Shown in pieces: positions 39,843 through 49,859 of a DNA stretch of 64,000 nucleotides. Under the pieces are notes generated by a model. The model worked only from the letters and a program-made list of their open reading frames with translations. It made no database searches and was not told where the DNA came from. Each line of letters opens with the position of its first letter. Within the stretch, counting starts at the first letter, position 1. The translations under genes were made by a program, and so were the position numbers. Source of the DNA: Patescibacteria group bacterium (lineage in GTDB: Bacteria; Patescibacteriota; JAHJAL01); the NCBI GenBank assembly GCA_049322675.1, contig JBMORM010000014.1:15896-79895 (forward strand), in the 5' to 3' direction.

Positions 39843-40308
39843 CTGGCCTTTCCTCCAATAGATTTTTTTTATATTTTTGACAAGCCCCTTTCAAAACTTC
39901 TTTTGATACGCCGAAAGCAAAAATTAGCTCCCTTCGGTTCATACAGGTAGTGTCATTATTCATCATATTTTCTCTCGTCCATCGTGACAATTCTCGAGGA
40001 TTTTCTCCTATTCTTTTCAATATTAATTTTATCCTTTCGTTCCAGCTAATTAAGACAACCTTATCGATTTCTTCACGATAAACTTCGTTCAATAATCTGG
40101 GAAGAAATTTATCCAATAATTCTCTTATAAAAGGACAATTTTTTATCAACGGAGGATAATCGATCTTCTGTTCATCTGCAATTTTCTCAAATCCCTCCCA
40201 AAATATGCCAAAATCTCGAATTTTCTCTTCCAAATGAGCAGTTTCTTCCACGACTTGAATCAATTCAATATTCTTAGAATTTGAAGTATCATATTCAACG
40301 TTTCTCAT
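39823..40308 (-). CDS. hypothetical protein (161 aa); overlaps the downstream polyprenyl synthase start by 20 nt
   Basis: ORF only; likely co-transcribed with the flanking minus-strand genes. Confidence 0.4.
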   Translation of the reverse strand: MRNVEYDTSNSKNIELIQVVEETAHLEEKIRDFGIFWEGFEKIADEQKIDYPPLIKNCPFIRELLDKFLPRLLNEVYREEIDKVVLISWNERIKLILKRIGENPRELSRWTRENMMNNDTTCMNRRELIFAFGVSKEVLKGACQKYKKNLLEERPDEKLPD

Positions 40309-40332
40309 TTTTTTTATATTAAATAATAAAAT

Positions 40333-41538
40333 TTACAAAAATAAAGAGAAAAAGAAATTGTAAAAAAATACTACCAGGACCAACAAAAAAATTCCTACCC
40401 ACATCAACAGCCATCCAAACCAGAAACCGCTATAAATAGTGTCTGTCCCTCTTGCCTCAATCTCTTTTATATCCTCTTTGCTGGACGCCTGATTAAAATC
40501 ATATCTTCTTTCCTTTTGATTATTTTCAAAATTATTTTTCTTTTCTAAATTTTCAACTGATCTCTCTTGCCAAAATTTATTACTCTCGATCAAAAAATCA
40601 CTTATTTTTGCACGATTATTAGTCTCAGCTATTATCTCCCCTCTCAATATCGATAACTCATTTTTTAGCTCAATTATTTGAGTTCTTAACCAGCTATTTT
40701 CTTCTCTGTATTTTTCGGACATTTTTTCTTTTTCTTCTATCAATCTTACCGCAAATGCGGACATTCCCAAAGTCCTATCAAGATGTCCGGAATATTTGTC
40801 ACTTTGTCCGAAATTATTTTCACGATAAGATACAATTTTATCATTGACGTCAAATAGTTTGTCCACAACACTGTCCGAATTAGTGGATAAACCTGTTTTA
40901 AAATCGGACACGAGACCATCTGTCCTTGCCTGTAAACTATCATGGACAGAAGGTAAAGAAAAATTGGACAGAGCAAAATTTGTATTTTCGGACATTTCCA
41001 CAGTATGATTTGATGAAACCAAAGGCCCAAAATAATCTTTATCTATTTTATTTACGGACATGTTATTTTTGATTCTTTCGGACATATTTTTGTCCAAAAA
41101 ATACTCAACTCCCTCCTCCATTACCGGATTGCCTTTCTCGAATAATACTGTTGGAGAAATATTCACACTTCTAGTCGTATTTTCTTTTTGTTTGGATGTG
41201 TTAAATTTTCGGACATTATCAAATGATTGAACGGACATATTTTCGGACACATTTTTAACAATACTACTTTTATTATCTTGATCGATTTCATTTTTTTTGT
41301 GACTATCAGTATCTTTTAAACTATTTATTTTTCTGCTGGATCTAATAACTTTTCTTTCTCCTTTTCTGTCCGATCCTTCCTCGATATCAACTTTGAAAAT
41401 ATCCAGACTTTCTTCCGTGAGATGATATTTGCCACGAATTATAACATGCTTAACCTTTCCGGATTTGATCCATCTTCTGATCGTTCGTTCATTTTTTCCT
41501 GCCAGTTTTGCCGCTTCTTTTACAGAAATATAAGTCAT
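40333..41538 (-). CDS. membrane-anchored protein with an N-terminal excisionase/MerR-type HTH, low-complexity middle and C-terminal TM helix
   Basis: ISVKEAAKLAGKNERTIRRWIKSGKV HTH; repeated ENMSV/NNMSV/EMSEN segments; coiled-coil-like KYREENSWLRTQIIELKNELSILRGEI; C-terminal GFWFGWLLMWVGIFLLVLVVFFYNFFF. Confidence 0.55.
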   Translation of the reverse strand: MTYISVKEAAKLAGKNERTIRRWIKSGKVKHVIIRGKYHLTEESLDIFKVDIEEGSDRKGERKVIRSSRKINSLKDTDSHKKNEIDQDNKSSIVKNVSENMSVQSFDNVRKFNTSKQKENTTRSVNISPTVLFEKGNPVMEEGVEYFLDKNMSERIKNNMSVNKIDKDYFGPLVSSNHTVEMSENTNFALSNFSLPSVHDSLQARTDGLVSDFKTGLSTNSDSVVDKLFDVNDKIVSYRENNFGQSDKYSGHLDRTLGMSAFAVRLIEEKEKMSEKYREENSWLRTQIIELKNELSILRGEIIAETNNRAKISDFLIESNKFWQERSVENLEKKNNFENNQKERRYDFNQASSKEDIKEIEARGTDTIYSGFWFGWLLMWVGIFLLVLVVFFYNFFFSLFL

Positions 41539-41709
41539 TTTTTCAATAATACATATTCTCTATATATCCATATTAAAAAAAATACTTTGAAAAACCAATC
41601 ATTATAGGCCATTTGCCATCTTTTTTACCTGATGATAAACTACTGATAGCGAGCACATATCCTTTTGCTCTGCTGAATTAAATGAATATCCACAATTAAA
41701 TTTCAAATT

Positions 41710-42651
41710 ATGTCCAACCAACCATTGCTTTCGATCGTTATCCCTGCCTTAAACGAAGAAGATAACGTTATTCCCCTTTTCCAAGAAGTGACCAAAGTGT
41801 GTCGTGATCACAACTATTCTTTTGAAGTGATCTTTGTTAACGACGGTTCAACTGATCAGACTTTGGGAAGGCTCAAAACTTTAAAACCGATCAAGATCAT
41901 CAACTTCCGAAAACGTAGTGGCCAAACTGCCGCCATGGACGCTGGTATCAAAAATTCCACCGGTAAAATAATCATCACCATGGATGCCGACCGCCAAAAC
42001 GATCCCAATGATATTCCAAAGCTACTAAACAAATTAGCCGAAGGATATGACGTCGTGTCCGGCTGGCGAAAAAATCGCAAAGATCCTTTTTTCAAAAAGT
42101 TCACCTCCAGAGGCGCCAATCTTCTGCGAAAAATATTGGTTGACGACGGTATTCAAGATTCTGGCTGCACTCTCAAAGCCTATAAACGTGAATGCTTTGA
42201 ACAAGTTGATCTGTACGGTGAAATGCACCGATTTATTCCCGCTATCCTCAAATGGCGCGGCTTCAAAATTGGCGAAATCGTCGTCAATCACCGCGCCCGG
42301 ACCGCCGGTCAAACCAAATACAACGTTAGTCGCACGATCAAGGGATTTGTAGATATGATTTCTCTCTGGTTTTGGCGTAAATATTTTAATCGTCCCTTGC
42401 ATCTTTTTGGTGGCATTGGTCTATTGATTATTTTTCTAGGATTCGTTGCCGGTTTCGGTATGATCTACGACCGCTGGATTTTGGGCCACGATCTCTCCAA
42501 TACTGCTTTGACCACATTTTCTGTTTTCTTGATTTTGTTTGGTACTCAACTCTTTGTCTCCGGCCTGATGATTGATTTGCAGATCAAAAATTATCACCGC
42601 ATCGGTCGCGAAAATCCGTATCTGATAAAAGATATTATTGAAAATCAATAA
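41710..42651 (+). CDS. GT2-family polyprenyl-phosphate glycosyltransferase (GtrB/ArnC-like) with two C-terminal TM helices
   Basis: LSIVIPALNEEDNV, FVNDGSTDQT, MDADRQND, VVSGWRKNRKDP, two C-terminal hydrophobic helices. Confidence 0.8.
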   Translation: MSNQPLLSIVIPALNEEDNVIPLFQEVTKVCRDHNYSFEVIFVNDGSTDQTLGRLKTLKPIKIINFRKRSGQTAAMDAGIKNSTGKIIITMDADRQNDPNDIPKLLNKLAEGYDVVSGWRKNRKDPFFKKFTSRGANLLRKILVDDGIQDSGCTLKAYKRECFEQVDLYGEMHRFIPAILKWRGFKIGEIVVNHRARTAGQTKYNVSRTIKGFVDMISLWFWRKYFNRPLHLFGGIGLLIIFLGFVAGFGMIYDRWILGHDLSNTALTTFSVFLILFGTQLFVSGLMIDLQIKNYHRIGRENPYLIKDIIENQ

Positions 42652-43106
42652 TCATATTCCGGCTAACAAAAAGAAATTTGAGCGGACAAAAGATTTTGTC
42701 GGCCATGTCCGCAAACCCCAACAACTCCGACTTGAGAAGGATTTTTGACATGTATTCCATTTCTTTCCTCCCTACTGAACGAAATGCACATATTTCAATA
42801 TTTAAGTAGTCAAAAACACGACACTTATAACTTGCGACAAATAAAATTGCCCAACGCTGTCATGACTATCGTTCGACAGGATTATCTCAAACAGTCAAAT
42901 AATTTCAATTTTGGTCACATTTTCCCAGTTAAAAACCAGAGCAAAAAAGTATCTATATCGGAAATTACCAAAATATCTTATCCACTCTTGATGCCAACCA
43001 AGAGTTCCTAAAAAAATAAATGCAAAATTAGTTCGATTTGACAATATTCCTCAAAAATTATTTAATACAAGTCAACTTACTTATTTTTGTAGTAATAATT
43101 GTAAAT

Positions 43107-44495
43107 ATGAAATCAATAATTGAAAATTCGGAACATACAATTGAGAAAATAAATAATCCCTGGGGCGAAACGACAGATCCAAACAAACACAATCCGGAAA
43201 AATTCCGTTATCTTGTTCATGCTTTCAACCCGGCTTCTGCAATAAATATGATGCAAATGAACATTATTGTCCAAGAAAAATATTCCCATCATATTTTCGA
43301 CAAAAAAGATGGCGATCAATCAATCAATCTTTTTTGCCAACCTGAGAGGTTAACCCAGAGAGTGGCCTTGTCTTGTTCATTAATTGATCAGAATCATGTT
43401 GCTACCTGGGGAAGAGCCGGCATTATCCTTGAAGCCGACCAGAAAAATGTCTGTATTTCTCAACCGAAAGATTGTGGATCAATGGTTATGAGTAAAAATT
43501 TGCTTTTGCAACAGGCATTACAAAAAACTTTCTATTACCCAGATCAACTACTTCAACATTGCAATCCTCACCAATACAATGAAGTTGTTGTGTTGGCCAA
43601 TCACAATAATCAAAAAATCCGTCTCGCCGGTTTTTTTATTAAAGTCGATGAAGATGATGAACCAATAGATGAAGGCTTAGCTTCCAAAATGTCACTTCAT
43701 GCATATAGGCTTCATTTGCCATTAGTTAAAATACCGGAATTCAATGATTGTCTTGTCGACAAAATATTTGAACAACCAAACAGTCTCCATTTGCATTTCA
43801 AAGGGAAAACATGTTGGTTATCAGGTTCTCCTGACAATGGCCGACTTGACTTTCACAAAAGTGGCAGTAAAGGAATTTGGACATTTATTCATGAAACGGA
43901 GCTGGAAAACATTATTACATTTTTACAAAAAAATAATTTCTCCCAAAAAAAGATAAATGTAATTAAACAAAACTATCTTTCTGCCAGAGAAAAATATTTC
44001 GCCCCCACAATTGAATACAATCCTGATCATACAATTAAAAAAATAACCAAACTCTCCGGATACGGAAAAAATGAAAGAAAAATAGAAATATATCCTTCTG
44101 GAGTTGCTCATTGGGTAAATCTGGCGGCGGAGCGAAAAAAGGTCTCAGAAATTTTTTCCAGTAATGGTAGGCCGCAAATTCAAGAAGAAAGATCGCTTTA
44201 CCATCCACTTAATCCTCAAGAATTTGACTCAATAATAGATATGTTGCTCAAAGACAAACAAAACAAAATCTCTCATGATATTATCAAACAATGGGCAAAA
44301 GATCTTGGACCAGTCATAGCCAAAAAATGGAAAAATGAAATGGAAAACAAACAAACACTCAGTATGCTTAACGGTCGTAATTTAGAACTTGAAAAGAAAA
44401 AGATGCTAGAATGGATCGATTCCCTACCACCCGATCCCAAACGTGAACGCGAATTAATAGATCAGATAATCAAATCCATCAATTCCAATAAGTGA
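43107..44495 (+). CDS. hypothetical protein (463 aa from ATG 43107; a TTG at 43038 would add a hydrophobic N-terminus)
   Basis: Long ORF with no recognised motif. Confidence 0.45.
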   Translation: MKSIIENSEHTIEKINNPWGETTDPNKHNPEKFRYLVHAFNPASAINMMQMNIIVQEKYSHHIFDKKDGDQSINLFCQPERLTQRVALSCSLIDQNHVATWGRAGIILEADQKNVCISQPKDCGSMVMSKNLLLQQALQKTFYYPDQLLQHCNPHQYNEVVVLANHNNQKIRLAGFFIKVDEDDEPIDEGLASKMSLHAYRLHLPLVKIPEFNDCLVDKIFEQPNSLHLHFKGKTCWLSGSPDNGRLDFHKSGSKGIWTFIHETELENIITFLQKNNFSQKKINVIKQNYLSAREKYFAPTIEYNPDHTIKKITKLSGYGKNERKIEIYPSGVAHWVNLAAERKKVSEIFSSNGRPQIQEERSLYHPLNPQEFDSIIDMLLKDKQNKISHDIIKQWAKDLGPVIAKKWKNEMENKQTLSMLNGRNLELEKKKMLEWIDSLPPDPKRERELIDQIIKSINSNK

Positions 44496-44513
44496 TTATA
44501 ATTTTTCCAACAA

Positions 44514-44541
44514 AAACTCCCCTTCTTGGGGAGTTTTTTTG
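44514..44541 (+). terminator. rho-independent terminator
   Basis: AAAACTCCCC-TTCT-TGGGGAGTTTT then T-run. Confidence 0.75.
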
Positions 44542-44634
44542 CTAAAATATACTAAGTACCCAAAATTATTTTATAACGTATTTTTTCCCTTCTCCCCCTA
44601 AAACCTGAAACCTAGTATCTAAAACCTAAAACAT

Positions 44635-46638
44635 ATGCCCCAATTCAACCTCAAATTTCCCTACCAACCAACCGGTGACCAGCCCCAGGCCATAGAAAAG
44701 TTATTAGCTGGTTTAAAAAAACAAGAAAAATTTCAAACTTTAAAAGGCGTGACCGGATCCGGCAAAACTTTTACCATGGCCAACATCATCCAATCGGTCC
44801 AAAAACCAACCCTCGTTTTGGCTCACAACAAAACTTTGGCCGCCCAACTTGCCCAGGAATTTAAAGAATTTTTTCCTGACAACGCTGTTCATTATTTTGT
44901 CAGTTATTACGATTACTACCAACCGGAAGCTTACATGCCCGCCTCTGACACCTATATTGAAAAAGACAGCTCCATCAACGAAGAAATCGATAAATTACGC
45001 CATGCTGCTACCGCCAGCCTTCTTCTGCGTGATGACGTGATTATTGTTGCTTCTGTCTCCTGCATCTATGGTATTGGTAATCCGGAAACCTACAAAGAAA
45101 CCGGTATCAAGATTAAAACCAACCAAAAAATCAATCGTCGCCAATTTTTAGAAAATCTTATCGATATTCAATATCAACGCAACGACATCGATTATCATCG
45201 CGGCACTTTCCGTCTGCGTGGTGATGTTTTAGAAGTTTGGCCGCCTTATGAAGACAATGGATTCATGATTGATTTTTTCGGCGACAATATTGACGGCATT
45301 CGCCAAGTTGACTCTCTAACGGGCGAAGTTCTGCAAACCCTGAATCGTTTAATTATTTTCCCCGCCAAACATTTTGTCACTACCAAATCTGAAGTCAAAG
45401 AAATTATTGAAATAATCAAAAAAGATCTCATCACCGAACATGCTGAATTAATAAAAAATGGCAAAGAATTGGAAGCGGCTCGTCTCAAACAACGCGTTAG
45501 CTTTGATTTGGAAATGATCGCCGAGACTGGTTATTGCTCAGGTATCGAAAACTACAGTCGATATTTTGATCGCCGTCAGGCCGGTCAACCGCCCCACGTT
45601 CTCCTGGATTTCTTCCCCAAAAATTATCTGATGTTCATCGACGAATCACACATTACCGTTCCGCAAATCGGCGGCATGTTTGCAGGTGACAAGGCTCGCA
45701 AGGACATGTTGGTAAATTATGGTTTTAGACTCAAAGCATCATACGACAATCGTCCCCTAAATTTTCCTGAATTTGAGACCAAAATCAATCAAGTTATTTT
45801 TACCACCGCCACTCCGGGTAATTACGAAAAAGAACATTCGTCAAAAATCATCGAACAAATTATCCGCCCCACCGGATTGATTGATCCCCAAATTGAAGTC
45901 CGGCCCGCCCAGGGTCAAATCGACGATCTGATTGCCGAAATCCGTGCCACCGTCAAGAAAAAACAGCGAGTTTTAGTTACGACTCTCACCAAACGATTGG
46001 CTGAGGAATTGACCGAATATTTGCAAGAAATAAAAATCAAAGTCCAATATCTTCATAGCGATGTTGATACGGTTGAACGTATTGAAATTCTAAGAGATCT
46101 GCGTTTGGGGGTTTATGACGTTTTGGTTGGCATTAATCTTTTGCGCGAAGGCTTGGATCTGCCGGAAGTTACATTGGTTGCTATTTTGGACGCGGATCAA
46201 GAAGGGTTTTTACGATCAGAAACTGCTTTGATTCAAACCATTGGTCGTGCCGCCCGACACGTTGACGGCAGAGTAATCATGTATGCCGACAAAATCACCC
46301 GCTCCATGCAAGCGGCTCTGGATGAGACTATTCGTCGTCGCCAGATTCAAACAGCTTACAATCAAAAAAATAACATCACCCCGCAAACCATCATCAGTCG
46401 CATCAAAGATCTGGGCTTTGAGTCCAAAAAAACCAAAGACAAGAAAAAAACCAGATCAGGCCGGATGGATTGGGACAAAATTGCCGAATATTCTCCCGAC
46501 GCCATCGATCGCCTGATATCAGACAAAGAAAAACAGATGGACTTGGCTGCCAAAAACCTCGAATTTGAACTTGCCGCCGAACTTAGAGATCAAATCGAAG
46601 AGCTAGTCGTTCTCAAAAAGACCAAAAACAATAAATAA
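44635..46638 (+). CDS. uvrB: excinuclease ABC subunit B
   Basis: [15 protein letters not shown], helicase motifs, C-terminal UVR domain [13 protein letters not shown]. Confidence 0.96.
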   Translation: MPQFNLKFPYQPTGDQPQAIEKLLAGLKKQEKFQTLKGVTGSGKTFTMANIIQSVQKPTLVLAHNKTLAAQLAQEFKEFFPDNAVHYFVSYYDYYQPEAYMPASDTYIEKDSSINEEIDKLRHAATASLLLRDDVIIVASVSCIYGIGNPETYKETGIKIKTNQKINRRQFLENLIDIQYQRNDIDYHRGTFRLRGDVLEVWPPYEDNGFMIDFFGDNIDGIRQVDSLTGEVLQTLNRLIIFPAKHFVTTKSEVKEIIEIIKKDLITEHAELIKNGKELEAARLKQRVSFDLEMIAETGYCSGIENYSRYFDRRQAGQPPHVLLDFFPKNYLMFIDESHITVPQIGGMFAGDKARKDMLVNYGFRLKASYDNRPLNFPEFETKINQVIFTTATPGNYEKEHSSKIIEQIIRPTGLIDPQIEVRPAQGQIDDLIAEIRATVKKKQRVLVTTLTKRLAEELTEYLQEIKIKVQYLHSDVDTVERIEILRDLRLGVYDVLVGINLLREGLDLPEVTLVAILDADQEGFLRSETALIQTIGRAARHVDGRVIMYADKITRSMQAALDETIRRRQIQTAYNQKNNITPQTIISRIKDLGFESKKTKDKKKTRSGRMDWDKIAEYSPDAIDRLISDKEKQMDLAAKNLEFELAAELRDQIEELVVLKKTKNNK

Positions 46639-46666
46639 TTTTAGTACTGTAATATTTTCCCAGCTC

Positions 46667-46704
46667 AAACGTTGCTATATCTAGAAATAAGCAACGTTTT
46701 TTTG
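46667..46704 (+). terminator. rho-independent terminator after uvrB
   Basis: AAACGTTGCT ... AGCAACGTTT then T7. Confidence 0.65.
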
Positions 46705-46778
46705 TTGGAGAAATCATTGACAAAATACAATATTATTGTACGCTTACTTAAACTTTTCTATTATTAAATAAACTCAAT

Positions 46779-48920
46779 ATGGATACTCTCGAAAAAAAAG
46801 ATTTATATCCCAATCTATCCGAAATAAAAGAAAACAATTCGGTTTATATTCCTGCTGGTCTATCGGAAATAAAAGAATATATCAAACAAAATATACCGAC
46901 TATCAAAACCGTACTGAATCAAAGTAATCCCCAAAACATCTTGCCGTTATTGGATGATAAAAATCCCGCTAGACACCAATCCGAAGATTATATTTTAGCT
47001 TTGGATGAAAAAATTAGTGAATATCACCAGAAACTACAGAAATCGGCTGAAATCAAATCCAACCAAGAAGTCATTATTGCCGAATACAACAAAAATACCG
47101 AAAATATCCTTCTCAATTTAAAACAAATCGCTGATCAAGAAAATGAACTCCTGGAAATGCTCATGCAAAAAATCAGCCACGATGAGCACGATCCAATTTA
47201 TTGTGAGATCAAAAAAGACGACTCTTTGGAAGCGGATGAATTCGAGCAAACATTGCAAAAACAAGCTGTTAGCCAATCTGACATTATACTTTCTATGTTT
47301 GGACAAATTAGTAAAGTTGTTCCGCCAGAAATTTTGAATCGCCTGGACATAACCAATATGACCAAAAAAGCAAAAAGATTGTTGGATAATCCCAAAAAAA
47401 TACTTTCCGAAATGAAAAAAAATGCCCTGCAAAAAAAGAAAAAAGGTTGCAGCAAGACCATGGATTTGCGTATTTCCATGATTGATATTCATGAAAAAAT
47501 AATTTCACATCTGCTTTTGCAATCAAAAGTCGAAAATTTGCCAACTGGAAACAATGCCCGACTTCAATATCTGATTCGTAAAAAAAACAAACAAAACAAA
47601 AATATTTACGACACGATTAAAAAATATATCCAAATCGGCTATCAATATTTTTCTTCTCTTAAAAATGATCAGGAAAATATTCCAGAAACGAGAAAAAAAT
47701 GTAAAACTTGCGTCACGAAAATTTGCACATATATTGACGACATCTTGCAGAATCAAACCAGTCTCAAAGACAATCAGGAAATTAACGAAATTATCGATTT
47801 GCTTAGTACTTTACATCAACAATCCGATCATGAAATAGACAAAGTAAATGACCTCCCCAAAACTCAGATCAAAGATGGCAAGAAAATAATTAAATATCGC
47901 AGCAAAGAAATATCCAAACTTGAAAGCCATATTCAAAGTATGATTTCCAGCCGTGAGCAGTCTTTGCAAGATCTGGCCGAGAGCAACAGCAATCAACTTC
48001 ATCAAATATCTTTACATAACGATCAAGTCTTTCAAAACATTCTTTCCGATCTGGATTCTTTATCTGATTTTTTAAAAGAAAAAGATTCTGCTTTGATAAA
48101 TTCTCTTGTTTTTCCCAAATTCTTTTCCGAATCAACAGTCTCAGAGAAAAATTCTTCCGCCCAATTTTTCCTCAATGGACACAACAAACACAAGCTGATA
48201 TACCCAATCGATAAAGGATTTGCCTCTCGAATAGAAATTATCGAAAAATATTGCTTCCAGACCTTAAAAATCCTGGCGCACAATTTAAGATATTTAGTTT
48301 TTCTCCAATATAAACAAAAATTTACCTATCCCAAACCAGAAATCAGAAATGAAATCAAGACACTTACTGACTTCCAGAAACAGTTATTTGATGATTATAT
48401 CTCTCTGATGGATTATGTCAATCAGGAAATAGAATCATATAATTTAAAACACCAAAAAAATATTCCCGTGTCCAATCCTCACGGATTATTGGCCGAATTA
48501 TTATGGTCAACCTCGCATATGGCCAACAGCTACTTTCTGACAAAACAACAAAACAATCCAATTTTCATCGCTCGTCCGACATCAGAACTTGACGACAATG
48601 AAGCCAAAGATTTTGAATTTCACTTTCCAAAAACCAATCAAAATTTTCATCTCCAACTCACTACCATTAAGAAAACCTGCGACAATGACAAATATTACGA
48701 AAAAGAGTCAAAAACATATCGCCACAACGTTCCCTTGCTCACAATTCCGTCCTGGCAAAGGCAATGGGAAAAAATCAAAAATGGCGATTATTTGAATCAT
48801 GATTTTCTAAAATATAATCTAACCAAGCCCTTGCACGAACAACAGCTGGAAAATCCTCTTACCCCGCCAAGTATCAAACAGGACATTTTGTACTTTGTAG
48901 AACTATTGGATAATCAATAA
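46779..48920 (+). CDS. large hypothetical protein (713 aa), K/N/Q/E-rich, no TM segment
   Basis: Long ORF with low-complexity segments and no recognised domain motif. Confidence 0.5.
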   Translation: MDTLEKKDLYPNLSEIKENNSVYIPAGLSEIKEYIKQNIPTIKTVLNQSNPQNILPLLDDKNPARHQSEDYILALDEKISEYHQKLQKSAEIKSNQEVIIAEYNKNTENILLNLKQIADQENELLEMLMQKISHDEHDPIYCEIKKDDSLEADEFEQTLQKQAVSQSDIILSMFGQISKVVPPEILNRLDITNMTKKAKRLLDNPKKILSEMKKNALQKKKKGCSKTMDLRISMIDIHEKIISHLLLQSKVENLPTGNNARLQYLIRKKNKQNKNIYDTIKKYIQIGYQYFSSLKNDQENIPETRKKCKTCVTKICTYIDDILQNQTSLKDNQEINEIIDLLSTLHQQSDHEIDKVNDLPKTQIKDGKKIIKYRSKEISKLESHIQSMISSREQSLQDLAESNSNQLHQISLHNDQVFQNILSDLDSLSDFLKEKDSALINSLVFPKFFSESTVSEKNSSAQFFLNGHNKHKLIYPIDKGFASRIEIIEKYCFQTLKILAHNLRYLVFLQYKQKFTYPKPEIRNEIKTLTDFQKQLFDDYISLMDYVNQEIESYNLKHQKNIPVSNPHGLLAELLWSTSHMANSYFLTKQQNNPIFIARPTSELDDNEAKDFEFHFPKTNQNFHLQLTTIKKTCDNDKYYEKESKTYRHNVPLLTIPSWQRQWEKIKNGDYLNHDFLKYNLTKPLHEQQLENPLTPPSIKQDILYFVELLDNQ

Positions 48921-48998
48921 TTTTTACAAAAATATTTTGTTTAATCCGTTTTTCCGTTTATAATACAATATAGTTGTCAATAATCATTAACAAGCAAC

Positions 48999-49322
48999 AT
49001 GTCCAAAAAAAAGAAAAAACTCAAATCTCATATTTTCCATGCCACCCACCAAGCCAAACACCAAGCAGCTACGGGCAATACAGATGGTCGTGGTTCCGAA
49101 GCCAACACCAGCGCCAATGTCACCTATTTTTCCGCCGCTCCCGAAGACAAATCCCACAAATACGATCGCCAATTCGGACATGTTTTACCTGATCTGAAAT
49201 TTTTTGGCGTCATGGTGGTTATGATGGCTATTGTTTTAGGAGTTATCTATTATTTTGACCAAACGGGAAATCTGATCATCAAAGTTGGCGACCAAGTTTA
49301 CAAAATACTAAATCTTAGCTAA
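48999..49322 (+). CDS. small protein with a basic N-terminus and a single C-terminal TM helix
   Basis: MSKKKKKLKSH...; TM helix FFGVMVVMMAIVLGVIYYF. Confidence 0.4.
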   Translation: MSKKKKKLKSHIFHATHQAKHQAATGNTDGRGSEANTSANVTYFSAAPEDKSHKYDRQFGHVLPDLKFFGVMVVMMAIVLGVIYYFDQTGNLIIKVGDQVYKILNLS

Positions 49323-49340
49323 TTGCTTTCAATCAGACAA

Positions 49341-49377
49341 ATAAACCCCGATACAAAATCGGGGTTTATTTTTTTTA
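49341..49377 (+). terminator. rho-independent terminator
   Basis: AAACCCCGAT-ACAAA-ATCGGGGTTT then ATTTTTTTT. Confidence 0.7.
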
Positions 49378-49399
49378 AAAAACCATACCAACTATTTTC

Positions 49400-49747
49400 T
49401 TAAAAAAATAATTTCCCGATCAAGTAGGAACTCAAGTTACAAATTACAGATAATATTACAGCCGTTTTCCAATTTACCGGTAAACTAAACTTAATAATCA
49501 CAATTTCCACCAAGGTAACAAATATCTCCCCGCTCAAAATCATATATTTCCCGGCAAACACCGTCGGCCAGACAAACCACAAATAGGGCAGGGTCGCGAA
49601 TGAAGCCAAAAAACCCGTGAAAATAATTTTATTCCAAGCGATATCCCAATTATTCTTTTTGGTCCATTTTAAAACAATTACCATTGCAATAGTTTCAATC
49701 ACAATCGTCAAAATCAAAGCTACAAAAAACAATCCATAAAAATCCAT
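49400..49747 (-). CDS. small integral membrane protein (3-4 TM), unknown function
   Basis: 115 aa, mostly hydrophobic. Confidence 0.45.
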   Translation of the reverse strand: MDFYGLFFVALILTIVIETIAMVIVLKWTKKNNWDIAWNKIIFTGFLASFATLPYLWFVWPTVFAGKYMILSGEIFVTLVEIVIIKFSLPVNWKTAVILSVICNLSSYLIGKLFF

Positions 49748-49814
49748 AAAGACGACTCCCCAAAATCTCCATCAAATATTCCCCTATATCCGAATATCCC
49801 AACAAAATATCGTT

Positions 49815-49857
49815 TGGAAATTGGAAATTGAGAATTGGAAATTGAAAATTAAAAATT
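49815..49857 (+). repeat. heptad array (GGAAATT GGAAATT GAGAATT GGAAATT GAAAATT AAAAATT) between two minus-strand genes
   Basis: Six consecutive 7-bp units read directly from the sequence. Confidence 0.7.
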
Positions 49858-49859
49858 TA

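Noticed and set aside
42745-43011. 88-aa ORF in the spacer upstream of the 463-aa hypothetical gene
   Set aside because: No RBS, odd composition, and it lies in a region better read as the promoter/5' region of the downstream gene.
46717-46745. Sigma70 promoter at the TTGACA upstream of the 713-aa ORF
   Set aside because: A perfect -35 (TTGACA, 46717-46722) is present, but no acceptable -10 hexamer lies at 16-18 nt spacing, so it was not called as a feature.
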